NCBI RefSeq assembly: GCF_006345805.1 | Contig: NC_043006.1 | Span: 95,480,001-95,544,000 of the forward strand | DNA length: 64,000 nt | Direction: 5' to 3' | Source of the DNA: Octopus sinensis | Lineage: Eukaryota | Shown here: positions 13,961-27,858 of the stretch, piece after piece | Layout of the letters: each line of letters opens with the position of its first letter | Position numbering within the stretch: position 1 is the first letter of the stretch | Notes under the pieces: model-generated | Database searches by the model: none | What the model was told of the DNA's origin: nothing | What the model saw: the letters and a program-made list of their open reading frames with translations, nothing else | Made by a program: the position numbers and the translations under genes

Positions 13961-15027
13961 TCACTGGTCCCACTCCTGAACTATATGGTCGTTACATTGA
14001 CGACATTATCGGTGCCACCTCACTCTCCCGCGAACATCTAGATTCCTTCCTCTCTTTCGTCCAATCTTTCCATCCAGCCCTCCACTTCACTTCCACTATC
14101 TCCAACACCTCTGTCTCTTTCCTCGACATTTCGGTTAGCATTCTTCACTCCACTCTTACCACCCTCATTCCTACAAAACACCAGACTCACACTCATACCT
14201 CAACTTCTCTTCCTCCCACCCAGAACAACCAAGCTTTCCATCCCCTATTCCCAATTCCTCCGTCTACGTAGGCTCTGTAGTGACGACCATGACTTTGAGA
14301 CTCAGTCTCAACGTATGGCTCACCACTTCACCCTACGTGGATACCCCCTCACCACTATCCACACCGCCCTTGCCAGAGCACGGTCCGTGGACCGTGTATC
14401 TGCTCTCTCTCCCCGAACCCGCCCTGTAGTCTCCCGCCTCCCTTTTCCCCTCACTTACCACCCCACGACCCTACGTCTCCAACGCACCATTCTTCGAGCT
14501 TTCCGTCATCTCCAGTCCGACCCGTCCACTTCACACCTCTTCCCTAACCGACCCCTCCCCTCTTTCAAACGAGCCCACAACCTTCGAGACCTTTTGGTCC
14601 ATAGCTCCTTCCCTGACCCTACCTCCCAACCCGGCTCGTTCCCCTGCTCCCGCCCACGTTGCCGCACTTGCCTTACCTCTCCAACACCACCCGCCTCACT
14701 AGCACCCACCATCGACCCTATCCCATCATCCACTCCTTCACCTGCACCTCCAGCAATATTATCTATTGCATCTCTTGCTCTCTCTGCAATTCCTTGTACA
14801 TCGGACAAACGGGACGCCGCTTGGCTGACCGGTTCGCGGAACACCTTCGTGACATCCACCATGCGAACGACACACCGGTCTCACGCCATTTCCGCTCCAC
14901 CGGTCACTCCTTGCAACACCTATCTGTGTTCGGTTTGTCCTTACACAGAGGCCATCCGGATTCCCGTTTGCGCCGTGAACAGGAATTAATCTTCTCTCTT
15001 CGCTCTTATACGACATTTGGTCTCAAC
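13961..15027 (+). pseudogene. PLE reverse transcriptase C-half, Cys-rich linker and GIY-YIG endonuclease (frameshifted)
   Basis: YGRYIDDI and SFLDISV (RT); RGYP and LTYHP (thumb); CSRPRCRTC linker; IIYCISCSLCNSLYIGQTGRRLADRFAEH...RREQELIFSL...GLN (GIY-YIG). Spread over three frames. Confidence 0.92.
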
Positions 15028-15029
15028 TC

Positions 15030-15755
15030 TCCCCCCTCCTCATCTACCCCCCTCTCCCCCCTCCTCACCTATCTTTTCCCCCCGACCCCTACTTCTTCAG
15101 TCCTTCATCCTTTCACCCCTACTCCCCTTCCTTTCTTCCCTCTTCTCCCTCCCTCCTTCCCTCTTCCCCTTCCCTCTGCTCCCTCACTCCCTCTCTCCCC
15201 TTCTCTCTTCCCCTCTCCCTCTTTCCTCCTTCCTCCCCCTCCTCCCCTTCCTTATCCCCCTCTCTCTCCCCCTCCTCTCCTCTTCCCCCTCCTCCCTCCC
15301 CCCTTCTCCCCTCCCTCCCCTTCTCCTCACTACACACACGACTTTACACATCACATCATATATGATGTGCCATACTAATACATACACCAACTAATACATA
15401 CTAATACGTACTAATACATACTAATACATACTAATACATACACCAACCCTATACATACACACGTCCAGACCCCGCATACGCACTATACTCTCTCATACCA
15501 CACACACACACACTTATACATACTAATACGTACTAATACATACTAATACATACTAATACATACACCAACCCCATACATACGCACGTCCAGACCAATCCTA
15601 CGCACTAATACTCTCTCATACACCACACACACCACACACCCTTATACATACTAATACATACACACCAACCCTATCATACACACGTCCAGACCCCTCCTAC
15701 GCACTATTAGCTGGTCCTTCAACCCTATTATCAACCCTATTATCAACCCTATTAT
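15030..15755. repeat. Polypyrimidine tract, CTAATACATA-based minisatellite with ~110-130 bp higher-order unit, and 12-bp TCAACCCTATTA x3
   Basis: C/T-only tract ~15030-15330; repeated ctaatacata; three copies of caccaaccc...cacgtccagacc...tacgcacta; tcaaccctatta repeats ~15719-15755. Confidence 0.9.
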
Positions 15756-15889
15756 CTCCCCTTATTTCGCTCTCGCGTCTCATGTTTGATCTTTGACCTC
15801 TGGCCGAAATCAGATCGCCATGTTGATTCGTTAGCTACTGCCCGCATTTTTTTCTCTCCTTCTTTCTGTGTTTTTTTTCTCTCTGTGTA

Positions 15890-15927
15890 TCTTTCTGTTG
15901 AAGAGCGTAGGCTCGAAACGTTAAAGA
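15890..15927 (+). ncRNA. Hammerhead-like motif with variant core CUGUUGA in downstream Penelope pLTR
   Basis: UCUUU-CUGUUGA-A-GAGC GUAG GCUC-GAAA-CG-UU-AAAGA. Same variant core as 13808. Confidence 0.55.
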
Positions 15928-16688
15928 CTTGTTTTATTTATATTTCCTGAGCGCCATACTAATACAATTGTTCGTTTGTTTTCCACCTGCCTTCGTCTTT
16001 TGTCTATTTTCATAAAGCTTCCCGTTATATATATATATTATAATATATTCAGGTGGTGCATTAGTTAGACATGGCCTGGGCCATAATAAACCTATAAAGT
16101 ATCAAAGTCATCAAAGTATCATGTCATATGTAAAGAAAGTTTGTTTTTGAAGCGATGAAATGTATTGTAGTACAAATAGAAAGATATATTTTTTCAACGC
16201 GTAAAATACTGATACAACAGTATATACGTGGGATAATATCCCTTACAAAGTAGAAAAATCTGTCAGCAACCAGCCATCACTAACTCACATCCCTTTGATT
16301 TCCGGTCAAGTGCTATATCATTAAGCTAAACCACTTTAGAGACAAATTTTTCTGCAATGTAGAACGTATTAAACCATCTAGAAATGCTAGATGTAGTATA
16401 AATTATATCATATGTTCTAAACTGCAGAAGAATTTGTCATTAAAACATTTTAGCTTAATGGTAGAGCACTTGATGGGAGTTCGATTCTCATGGCTGGCTG
16501 CTGACAGATTTTTCTGTTCTGTAATGGATATTATCCCATATATACTGTTGTATCAATATTTTATTCGTTGAAAAAATATATCTCTCTACTTGTACTAATA
16601 TATGCATATATTTCAGTCTTTTGATACACCAACCTCGGTTGTGAAGCGATGGCACGGAGGCAAACACAGACACACACGCATATATATA

Positions 16689-16731
<43 letters not shown>

Positions 16732-16732
<1 letters not shown>

Positions 16733-18036
16733 TAGTATTATGACCCGACGTTGCCGGGTCATAGTGCTAGTGGATGTATATATGTGTACATATTACATGT
16801 ACATCTATATATATATACATCTACACATAAAGTACAAAATACAAAGTTATATATTGGTATCACTAGTGATAACAATACTCAAAATATATAACAGACTGGA
16901 ATTGTAGGCCCGTCTCTTGCAATTTCGATCAATTGTATCTTGTCCGCCCTCTTGTATAAAAGTGTGGCTACAATCCAGCCTACCTTTACTTCATGGGGGA
17001 CGTCCCAGATATAAAGGTAAAAATAAAATATTTCCACTTTGCAAGGTTCGAGTCGAGTACTCCTTTGCACGCTCCGTTGACTCGAACCTTGCTTCTATTA
17101 TGGCGAATTTACCGCCTCTGGTTAGAGATGTTTCATAATCGCACCAAGACACTTTTTGCTGGTGCTTTCCTCCAGGTGTTCAATTTTTTTCTCTACTTTA
17201 TAGACAATAGTCTTTTCTTTAATTTAATTTTTTATTTCATTTGGTGGTGTTATCCTAGATTCACCGTCTTTGTCGGTGATCAATCCGAAATAGGTTTGTA
17301 TTTCTTCCATTTTAATTTTAATGAGTTCGCGCCCGCCGACGGCTGCAGCGAAATTCAGTTTTGGACTTTCTTCTATCGAAGGCATTCTAACAAAAATGCT
17401 TCTGTATAAACGGTGGAAATATTGTCAATTTCCCCAAACAGGGACACAATTCAACTTTTAAACATTAACCAAAGGGGGAGGGTTACAGTTTACAATTATT
17501 TAACAAATGCAACACAACAACGTTTCCCTTACGAGGAGCCAGCAAACGCGATAACAATAGTTAAACAGTAATAATAATAACAACAAACCTTACGGTGAAT
17601 CAAAAAGCAGTACGCAGTTGATTTCATTTAATTTATTCCCATTCATGTGAAACCACTTATTCAAGTTCAAGTCATTGATGCAATTTTGTTATGTTACGAT
17701 TATATTATACTTTAGTTTGATTTTAATTATTACTTACTACATATAATCAATTGTTTTTCTTATCTCTAATTTTTATTGTTAAAGTGAAAGTATCTGACAT
17801 AAAATAGAGAAATGTTTTTGTTTCACTCTTAACACGTAATACTGAAATAGTGGAGAAGATATGATATTGCTATGGGCTTGCCCTAGGCAATACGTTTGAA
17901 CAGTGTTTATGCCCATGGAACTATATGGACCCTAAGTAAGGCATGTATAAAATTTGAATGAAATTGGTTGTGTAGTTCTCAAATTTTAGGGAAACACACA
18001 GACAGACACACATTTTCAGTTTTATATGTATAAAGA
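16732..18036 (-). mobile_element. Non-autonomous Helitron, complete (1305 bp), inserted in the internal (TA)n of a CORE-SINE
   Basis: 5' A|TCTTTATACATATAAAACTG...GTCTGTCTGT. 3' hairpin TATGACCCG-gcaacgt-CGGGTCATA then ATACTAG|T. No TSD. SINE halves lie at ~16600-16680 and ~18040-18200. Confidence 0.85.
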
Positions 18037-18201
18037 TATATACTAGGTGCTTCTTTTAGTTCCCGTCTTCTACATCCACTCACAATGTTTTAGTCTGCCC
18101 GAGGACATAGCAGAAAACACCTGCCGAAGGTGCTACGCAGTGGGACTAAACCTGGAGCCGTGTGACTGGAAAGCAAGCCTCTTAGCGCACAGTCATGCAT
18201 A

Positions 18202-18243
<42 letters not shown>

Positions 18244-18433
18244 TTTCGTTTGGGGATTTGGTTTGCAACATTCTTTATATGAGTTCGTGTGTTGAAGCAC
18301 ATTCTGTTGTGTCTGGGAAAAGTTAGACTCTTTTGGTGCCTTATGACTTAACACACTCAACGGTAACATTTCCACATATTTCTCTTTTATTTTTGTAAAA
18401 TTTTCGTTGCGTCTTGCAACCTTCAGACACAAC

Positions 18434-18527
<94 letters not shown>

Positions 18528-18632
18528 AATAAAATGTAGTGGCGGTTTTTTTATTTTATATTAAAATTGTTATGTATTGATTAAGTCTTTCCTTGTTTGT
18601 TTTGCAAAATAGTGGTTTTGTCTCGAATTAAT

Positions 18633-18749
<117 letters not shown>

Positions 18750-19741
18750 TTATCTCGTGATTCACCAGAAGTGATAAATTGAAGGACTCAATACACACTT
18801 TGAGTATTTTTTTTTAATACATTACAACTGAAAAGCTCCAATTTCCAAGGTTCGGGGTTACTCGTTTCCAATCATCAACTACAAAACCGAGCCTGGTCTT
18901 TACTAAGACATTATCCACTGTCTATTCTTATGTAGTGGAAATACATTGAGCACAATACTCACATAGGTGCATGTGTGCTTTGATGTATGTATGCATTGTT
19001 TTTTCATGTGGATATTGCACTTTTGTATTTTTAAATATATTCAAAAATTGTGCTGCGTCGAAAATATCTTTACACTAAGTGGGCAGTTATTCGCTGAAGT
19101 CATATTTCCTGTCTCAACTTACACAGATGTGTCGTACATAATTTAATGACAGTGATACCTTGAAGAAACATTTCTTTCAATTTTCGAAGTGAAATGTTCT
19201 CTTAGCATGACAAAGGTATGTTAAATTTTCATTAGTCTGTCAGCAATTTGAAGTGAGTCGACGACAACCAAATCACGGGGGTGGTGCACCGCCATAGTAC
19301 CGTTCATAGTAACACAGAACATCACAGTCAGAATTCTAGTTTCATATGCTGTATGATAATTTTCTTGACCAAAATAAAACAACTATACACCTGATCTGAA
19401 AGATGATAAAGAGGAGGAACATGTCTCTCGTAACATTAATGCTACGCGGTATTCAGATATACTGTCACATTCACCAATTCATAAAAGCCCCTGTTCCTTC
19501 AAAACCTGTTTAAAATATCTTTTAATCGGTGTATGATGTAAAACATTAATTGTATTTTTCTTTAAATGTGCATGGAAAATGAGCGTGCATCTTACTCGAG
19601 ATTGTGTCATAGACACCGGCAAATACATATTTATATAAGAATACAAATCTGATTCATGGTCTCTGTTTTCGTCTAGATCGAGATCGCTACAAGAAACTTA
19701 AAAATACCTTAGAGTTTATGCTTGATTGTACACAAGTGGGT

Positions 19742-19798
<57 letters not shown>

Positions 19799-20359
19799 AT
19801 ATATCTAATGTCGGGCAAACAGTAAGAAAAGACATTTATCGTATGAGAGAGATCACAAATAACAAATTAAGGACTTATTTCTTTGAAAAAGTTCCATGTA
19901 GTGAACAGCTTGACAGCTGCACAAATTGAAAACATTTCCTTTTCTCAAGATTAACGAAGGAAACGATTAACTACGAAAGGAAAAAATGATAAATTCATTA
20001 CAAAAACTTCAACTACGAAACTAAATCGAGAGTAACCTCTACTAAAAACAAATTCTTCTCTACAGATTGCCGAATAACACGGGTGTTTGAAAAACTGAAC
20101 AAAGAAAGCGCTTACACACAATACGTAAACTTCATTCCAAGACGTTTGTCAATCTATTTTGTAAAAAAAAATATGTTTCGTTTTCTTTTTCAATAATTAA
20201 TAACTGTTAGTAAATACTTTTGCAAATATAGTGACTACCAATTATTTCTGGCAAAAATGTATAAATATACGTGTGTGTGTGTGTGTGTGTGTGTGGTGCG
20301 TGTGTGTGTGTGCATGTATATATGTGTGTGTATATATATATGAATATATATATATATGT

Positions 20360-20393
<34 letters not shown>

Positions 20394-20793
20394 CCTGTAC
20401 TGTTTGTAAAGCAGTGTGTTATACGTGGATAACTAACGATAATAGTTTTCCATATATTAAAAAGTAAATAATTTATCGCATTCTCTTCATAGGTAATAGG
20501 GTATGTATCTGGGCTGTGGTGACGACGTATATCAGATAAAAGGATTACTGCTTAAGATCTAATTTGGTTCAACTATTATTCTTTGGTGGTATAAAATTTT
20601 CTCATGTACTTCATTGGGGCACTTGGTACTAATCAATAGAAGTTATATAACCGATACCATCAACAACTTCGCATTCTTGTACGTTTAGTTGCTTTGGATC
20701 ACCATATGTACACACACGCTAACACACACACACACATATTTATACATACGTATATGTATGTATATTTATGGTTCATTATAAATATATATATAA

Positions 20794-20824
<31 letters not shown>

Positions 20825-20848
20825 GATATATATATATATATATATATA

Positions 20849-20899
<51 letters not shown>

Positions 20900-21339
20900 A
20901 GCACATACACAAATATTTTTATGAATGCACGTATATTTATATTATATATATATACACACACATGCACGCGTGTATATGCATCTGAGACAGTGTGCTTCTA
21001 ACTCCGCATACGTAGATGCAGCTATGTGTTGTTCAACTCCCTTGTACTTGGAGAACCGTCGAATTGCACCAAAAATAAAACGGTTATAATGCATTTGTAC
21101 ACGAAGACCAAAAACAAGTATTCCTTCTCACTGCCCACCCCACCCCCACTTCGCTCATTCCCCTCTCTCTCTCTCACTTTTTTCTTCTCTGACTTTCTCT
21201 TCCTGTTTCCAATTCACCTAATCTCTCCTTCGTTTTTGCATGTGTCTGTCTCTATCGAGGTGCAGTTGTTCTGGGGCTGGATTCAGTAATAGATAACGAA
21301 CGCATTAATGAAAATACGCACACATGTGGCAGTAGCTGC

Positions 21340-21590
21340 AATGGTAGTAGTAGTAGCAGCAGCAGCAGCAGTAGTAGTATTAGTAGTAGTAGTAGTATAG
21401 TAGTAGTAGTAGTAGTAGTGGTATCAGCAGCAGCAGCCGCATCATAAATTCGTCGTCTTCGTCACTATCATCATCGTCATCATCATCAGGTGCAGCAGCA
21501 GCAGCAACAGCAACAGTAGTAGTAGTAGTAGTAGCAGTAGTAGTAGTAGCATCAGCAGCAGTAGTAGTAGTAGTAGTAGTAGTAGTAAAC
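21340..21590. repeat. Compound trinucleotide microsatellite (GTA/GCA/TCA)
   Basis: Directly visible alternating gta, gca and tca runs. Confidence 0.95.
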
Positions 21591-21779
21591 CACGACAAAT
21601 GAATTTGTCTTTGCAGCACGGGTTTTAAACAAGTTCCTTTTCTTGTCGGGAACAGATAGAGACGCCCACTCGTTTCTCCCTTATTTGACTCGCAGGAACA
21701 TTGACTATGTTACCATTCTTATTGTTCTTTGACTGCAACACTTCTGTAATAAGAATTGAAGAGTCATGTGTAGATAAGA

Positions 21780-24030
21780 TAGTATATGAAGATTCACTTA
21801 TTGATAATATTTGAAGAGTCAAGTATAGATAAGGACCTTGAAATAGATATCTATAATGTTTGGAGTCTAAGAACACCAACAACACCTGTGCTCATTCAAA
21901 CTTTGGACACAATACCATGTGGCGCTCTGACACAATATGGTCAAATTCCGGAAAGTCCCAAAGTACCAGGGTCTCGAAAAATTAACAGTAACTTAGTTCT
22001 CAGATTCTGGGTTTGCTCCCGTGCAACGTATCGCTAACCATAAATAACACCAGGGCTGCTATTAAATTGCTTAGCAATGACATAGGAATGGATTTCGACC
22101 TTGATACGTGTGTTGAGGCAACTTTTTGCAGGAAGGGAAGCGCAGGCAAATAGCTTCAGTTGAATTAGATATCCACACTACCATCAAATAAATTGATCCT
22201 CAAGAAAATTATAAATATCGGAAAATAAATTAAGAGATAGCATACATCATGCTACTATGAAGGAAAAGTGTGAATTAAGTACTATAGAAAAATAAGACTT
22301 GTACTGAGAACTGAGCTTAACTTTAAATGTCCTTTCGAAGCCATTAATACTCTGGCACTCCCTTTAGTTCGGTACAGTTTTAACATCATTAACTCGAAAC
22401 TTACAGAACTCCAACGCCTGAAGAGGAAAACAAGAATATTATTGACATCTTAGAACATGCACCACCATAAGTCAGACGTTGACCGTCTATACTTACCTAC
22501 AAGATGTGGGGAAAGAGGAATGATTAGAACTGTTCTATAAAACCTCTACTATAGAAATGAACAGGTACTTATGTAGTGCAGAGGACTGGATGCTGTGACT
22601 TGTGTGCGAAGATGAGAGTAGCAAAACGTCGCATTTTATTGTCAAGGAAGCTTATAAATTCGCAAGAGACCTTGACAGTAACCGTGAATAAGATGGAGAA
22701 CCTGAAACCACTGCTCTCGAGCAAGTAAAACGAATCAAGCGGACTGCAAAAGAAACAGGCAGAAACAAATTGAAGGACGGTGGAGGCAGAAGACCTGCAT
22801 CGACAATATATATTCTCATTTCTTTACTGCTCACAAGGGGCTACATTCAGAGAGAATAAACGAGGACAGACAAACGAATTAATTCGATTATATCGGCCCC
22901 AGTACATAACTGGTACTTATTTAATCGACCCCGAAAGGATGAAAGGTAAAGTCGACCTCGGCGGAATTTTAACTCAGAACGTAGCGGCAGACGAAATACC
23001 TATTTATATTTCTTTACTACACACAAGGGGCTAAACACAAAGGGGACAAACAAGGACAGACAAAGAGATTAAGTCGATTATATCGACCCCAGTGCGTAAC
23101 TGGTACTTATTTAATCGACCCCAAGAGGATGAAAAGCAAAGTCAACCTGGTGGAATTTGAACTCAAAACGTTACGGCAGACGGCATACCTATTTCTTTAC
23201 TACCCACAAGGGGCTAGACACGGAGAGGACAAAGAAGGACAGACAAACGGATTTAGTCGATTACATCGACCCCAGTGTGTAACTGGTACTTAATTTACCG
23301 ACCTCGAAGGGATGAAAGGCAAAGTCGACCTCGGCGGAATTTGAACTCAGAACGTAACGACAGACGACATACCGCTAAGCATTTCGCCCGGTGTGCTAAC
23401 ATTTCTTCCTGCTCGAAAATATATATTCTTCGAAGTCAGAATGCTGATGTAGACCAAGTAGCAACCCATCTGTGGCTGAGGAGTTTAGGATTGAAAATAG
23501 ACACTGAGGGCTTCGTACTGGCTGCACAAGATCAAAGCTTACTAGAAATTACAGTGGTGAGGCAGATTCTGCATAATAATAGAAAATCTCGTTTCCTGTG
23601 ATATCACCAATACAAAAATTAGCACGGTAGTGTGAGACAGTATTTACATATTGGCTGCAATAAATGAAGGACGGTGGAGGCATCAGTATGAGTACCATCC
23701 TGAGCGTTGGCGGTAAAAGTATCACCAATGTCTGGGATTTTTGAAATTGACAATGACACATCGATCCAGGCTAATCGACTAGACATAATGATTAATAACA
23801 TGGAAGAAAATACTTGTAAACTAATAGATGTAAGTGATTCTTAACGAAAACAAGTACTGGGAAATTGAAATACGGCAAAAGCTGTTATTGCAGGTACCCT
23901 AAGTACGATAAAAAAAAGAGATGTCAGAAACACCTAGATAACATCCCAGAAGAACCTTGTTTCAAAGAAATCTAAAAGATTGTGCTGACAATTACTGCTC
24001 ACATCCTTAGAAAAACAGTATCAATTTAAA
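21780..24030 (+). mobile_element. Decayed R4/Dong-clade RLE retrotransposon remnants, split by SINE concatemer 22810-23410
   Basis: DLEIDIYNVWSL (RLE C-terminus), LSNDIGMDFDLDTC, AINTLALPLVRYSFNIIN, HHHKSDVDRLYLP, WLRSLGLKIDTEGFVLAAQDQSL, ANRLDI...LIDVS. Confidence 0.75.
22812..23410 (-). mobile_element. SINE concatemer: one head plus three ~185-bp body-tail units
   Basis: Minus-strand units start at GGTAT at 23373, 23189 and 23000, each directly after an AAAGAAATA-type tail. Confidence 0.85.
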
Positions 24031-24418
24031 TGTTTCGTTGTATTAGATGGTGGTGTTTCACTACTGCCCTCCCCACTTTCCCTCCCCAATATTTCAGCTA
24101 TATTTCAACATCTCATATCATTATCAGCATATCCTGGCAATAGCTGGCGCAACTCCCGTTCAAGTGACTATCCAGGTTCGTATTCACAGAAGAGTTTGTA
24201 CCAGTGGATGACTTTGCAACCCTAGGCTGGTTCTCTCCCGGGGGACTCGCTTCCAGATTACCCATAGGACAAGGGATTCGGAGTACTGTTGTAGTTTTTC
24301 CTTTCGTTTCGTAAGATATTTGTGTACTACTTTAGAAATATAAGTATTGAGCCCTGTGTGGCAGGTGTAGAGACGCTTATCTTTGCCACTACTGTCAACT
24401 CCCCCATTATTACTGTTA

Positions 24419-24458
<40 letters not shown>

Positions 24459-24489
24459 CATTATTATTATCATCATTATTATTATTAAT

Positions 24490-25030
24490 ACAGCTTCTAA
24501 CGCTGGAGATGTACTACGGTATCAGCTGTTCATTACCAGTGAACTAAGATAACACCTTTTAGTTTTCGAGCACCATCCGAAGTATACGAGCGGTTCCAAG
24601 CAGTGCTGTTTTCTGCAAGTGCTCCCCACTTATTGCAGCCAATATTTCTTCCATATACTTCTCAAGATTTTTACTCACTGTTCCCAGGGCTCCGACAATT
24701 ATTAGTACTACTACCACCTTTTTCATCGGCCACAACTGCTTAACCTCCCAAGATAACCTGTCATGTCTCTCAACTGTTCTTTCTTCCTTATCGCATAACT
24801 TGTCAACTGGGCACGCTATATCTATGATCCAGCATAGTTTGCTTACTTTCTCAATTAAGACTGTGTACGGTTTTCTATTCTCTATCTCATAGTCGCACTG
24901 AATCATAAAATCCCGCAGGATCTTTGCATTATCATTTTCGATGATGCCTTCGGGTTTATGTTCCGACCAATGTTCGTACCAATTTCTTTCTATGTCAAAT
25001 TCATACCTGTTGCAAAGTGTCTAATGGACA
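24490..25030 (-). mobile_element. R4/Dong RLE endonuclease 3' fragment ending at (AAT)n
   Basis: IENRKPYTVLIE...CWIIDIACP...IIVGALGTV...LQKTALLGTARILRMVL. (ATT)n at 24418-24488 on the plus strand. Confidence 0.8.
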
Positions 25031-25109
25031 AGCCTTGCTATATTGTCGTGGCGTCTATTATATTCCCTCTGGGTTAGTGATGTACGTTGACAAGTGGTGT
25101 ACATTGATC

Positions 25110-25385
25110 AAATGTGTGTACATTGATCAAAGCCTTCCCACAAGCAATCACCAAAATTACCTAAGGAAAAGAAATACAATTAACTGCAGAATATTTGGTG
25201 ATGGAGAAGAAACACTAAATCATATTCTCTTTGGTTGCCCAGTCCTGGCTAAAAGGAATATATTCACAGGCACGACAATTCTATGCCAACACTATGGAAT
25301 AACAACATAAAAATAATGGTATAGGAAGATTTCGGAGGTCACAGAAAATGAGAAAGCAACCATACTATGGGATATTCCAATACAC
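25110..25385 (+). mobile_element. R4/Dong zinc-knuckle fragment
   Basis: DQSLPTSNHQNY...NCRIFGDGEETLNHILFGCPVLAK...ENEKATILWDIP. Confidence 0.75.
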
Positions 25386-26178
25386 ATATTTTGTAATAGT
25401 TTCCTAAATGTAAAAGGTTTCTACTACTTCCTTTACGTTGTATGCATAGCCTTTCTGTGTCATATTTTGGGTGGTGCATCCTAACTCCTGTCTTTATTTT
25501 TGGTTTCCCTCTGTATCTTGATTAGTTCATTTAGAGTCCATTTTATTGTTGCTGTAAATTATAATTGGGACAATTAGAGTTTTGATACTTATCTTGTTTT
25601 TAACATTGAGCTCTGTTTTTCGTCTATAGTATTCCTTTTATTTTTGGTAAAATATACAAAGCCCAGTATACCCATAATGACTACCCATCGAATAAGGATA
25701 CACCAGGTACATGCATCACAACCATATGTGCGCGACATGATTTCATATCAAGATAAACATGAATGACGTTGCCGGTGGGGGTCTAGTTAGTATTTTCTTC
25801 ATGTCGAGTAGCTCACCTCGCGCAAAAGGTCCCTGAATAAGGATTGTTTAAGGATGTGGAACGAAACGCCCATGTTTCCAAAGGGGAATTATTGAAACTC
25901 CAAAATTTCCTCTCAGCACATGGCTATGATGCCCCCCCCCACTACTTCTGCTCATGTTTAAGAGATGCACACATCGTCACCTACCAAGGGACATGCTCAG
26001 CTTGTTAAGGTCAAACAAGTGACAAGCAAATCTGTAGTATTGAGCAGAATATTTGCTGTAGCCCATCTTTTATACCAAGACAAAACAATGTACATGATAA
26101 CACTTCCAATCAGTTAAGATCAGAAGCCATGAGAGCCACTGCCTGGAAATGCATCAGGACATTTTATTATTATTATTA

Positions 26179-26254
<76 letters not shown>

Positions 26255-27076
26255 TATTGTTGTTGCTGTTTTCTATTGTTATTATCACAGTCTTTTGGTG
26301 TGTATTTTATACAAAATGAACCAATGCGTAATTATTATTGTAAGAAGGCTAGGTGCTGTTTGACTGCTAGTTCCAGCTAATTGTTACAGCATCAATGATC
26401 ACTCTTACCAGGTTCTTAGATTTTGTTCTTTTAGCAGAGCTGTTCAGGAACCGTTGCCTACAAATATGGTAACGGAACATCAAGAATACCTTTTTATTAT
26501 GGGATGAACGGCAATACAGTCGCCGCCACCAACACCATATACGAAAAACAATTTTCGTGTTAGCTGGCTTATTTGTGCTTTTATTGTTGGCTAGAAATAG
26601 CAACCAAATCCGTTGAATCTGTTTCGACCGTCTTTTAAACTGATACATTTGATAATGGGTGCACGGTGTTCGCTGTACATAGGAATGGGCTAGTTTGCCA
26701 TTGTCGAATAGGAATAGACCATAGATCTGCTTGACCAAGATCAAGTTGAGCCTGCGTCCACCTCATGGTTTACAAAGCCGTCCCGCAACAATTCTGGTCA
26801 TTCTATTTCTTAGTTCATTATAATTTCGATATCAATAATTTTCGCTATTTGCATGAAAAGCTATATCTTCGAATTTTATCGAAAATACTCTCCATTATCA
26901 ATTTCAACAGGAAAGCCAAATTTAATATGGAACTAATAAGGGAGTATACGAATGGAATATCAGAGAAATATATAAGAAACTAGGCTTACAAAGAATAAGT
27001 GCTGGGGTCGATTTACTCGACTAAAAGCGGTGCTCCAGCATGGCCACAGTCAAATGACTGAAACAAGTATAAGAGA

Positions 27077-27110
<34 letters not shown>

Positions 27111-27165
27111 GAAGTTAGTTCAATATATATGCAAATTTATTTCCGTAAGCCCTACGAGACATTCG

Positions 27166-27380
27166 AAAATTTATGTTGGGAGTACTATTGTTTTTAAAAA
27201 TAGATATAGGGGACACAAGAATTCATTTATACAACGAAATATGAAAAATTCCATGACATTACCACCATACATTAATCACCTCTAAGAGTCTAACATTGAG
27301 TATAATTTAAGGTGGTCGATAATTACTGAATCAACACCATATAACACACATACTAAATCTTGGAGGCTTTGCATAAAAAC
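27166..27380 (+). pseudogene. Naiad-type PLE GIY-YIG endonuclease remnant
   Basis: Manual translation KIYVGSTIVFKNRYRGHKNSFIQRNMKNSMTLPPYINHL*ESNIEYNLRWSIITESTPYNTHTKSWRLC, with one in-frame stop. Confidence 0.75.
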
Positions 27381-27681
27381 ATATTATTAAATAAAATTCC
27401 AGACATTTTAATATGTTGGGAGCATAAATATTTATCAACTTAAAAATTTCTTTAAACTTAAAAATAATTTTTTTTTTGAAAATCTGATCTGGATTAGATC
27501 CAATGACCACTTATATACAAATGTTTAACGTTAAATTATTCCTTTGTTACAGGAATATGAGTCGAAAATGGAATATTCCCATAGACTATTATTTGCATGA
27601 TTGGGTAAAAGTTCACCTGTCAATCACTTTCATTTCTTATTTAAGCCTGTTTTTATTTTGCCATTTGGTGAAAAATCACTC

Positions 27682-27839
27682 GACTTCGGGGGTCGAGTGG
27701 GCATTGCGTCTCATTATATCTTTTTATATTTCATTCTTTTTTCAATTTCTTCGTCTTTATTCATCCTCCTCTGTTATTTTAAGTTCCCCGATTGTACCGT
27801 CCCTATCTATGTATAGTCCTTTATGGATAATAAAAAAGA
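27682..27839 (+). mobile_element. Short 5'-truncated 3' end of a related LINE at the same target
   Basis: ccctatctatgtatagtcctttatggataataaaaa resembles ccctatgtgtaaaaccttatggtgaataaaaa at 29463-29494. Preceded by GGTGAAAAATCACTC at 27667-27681. Confidence 0.6.
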
Positions 27840-27858
27840 GGTGAAAAATCACTCAAAA

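Larger units (their letters stand above)
13755..16030 (+). mobile_element. 5'-truncated Penelope-like retroelement (Neptune-type) bracketed by direct pLTR-like segments
   Basis: Related pLTR-like segments at ~13755-13940 and ~15830-16025 flank a frameshifted RT/GIY-YIG frame, a C-rich tract and tandem repeats. (TA)n lies at 13940-13960 and 16027-16047. Confidence 0.85.
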
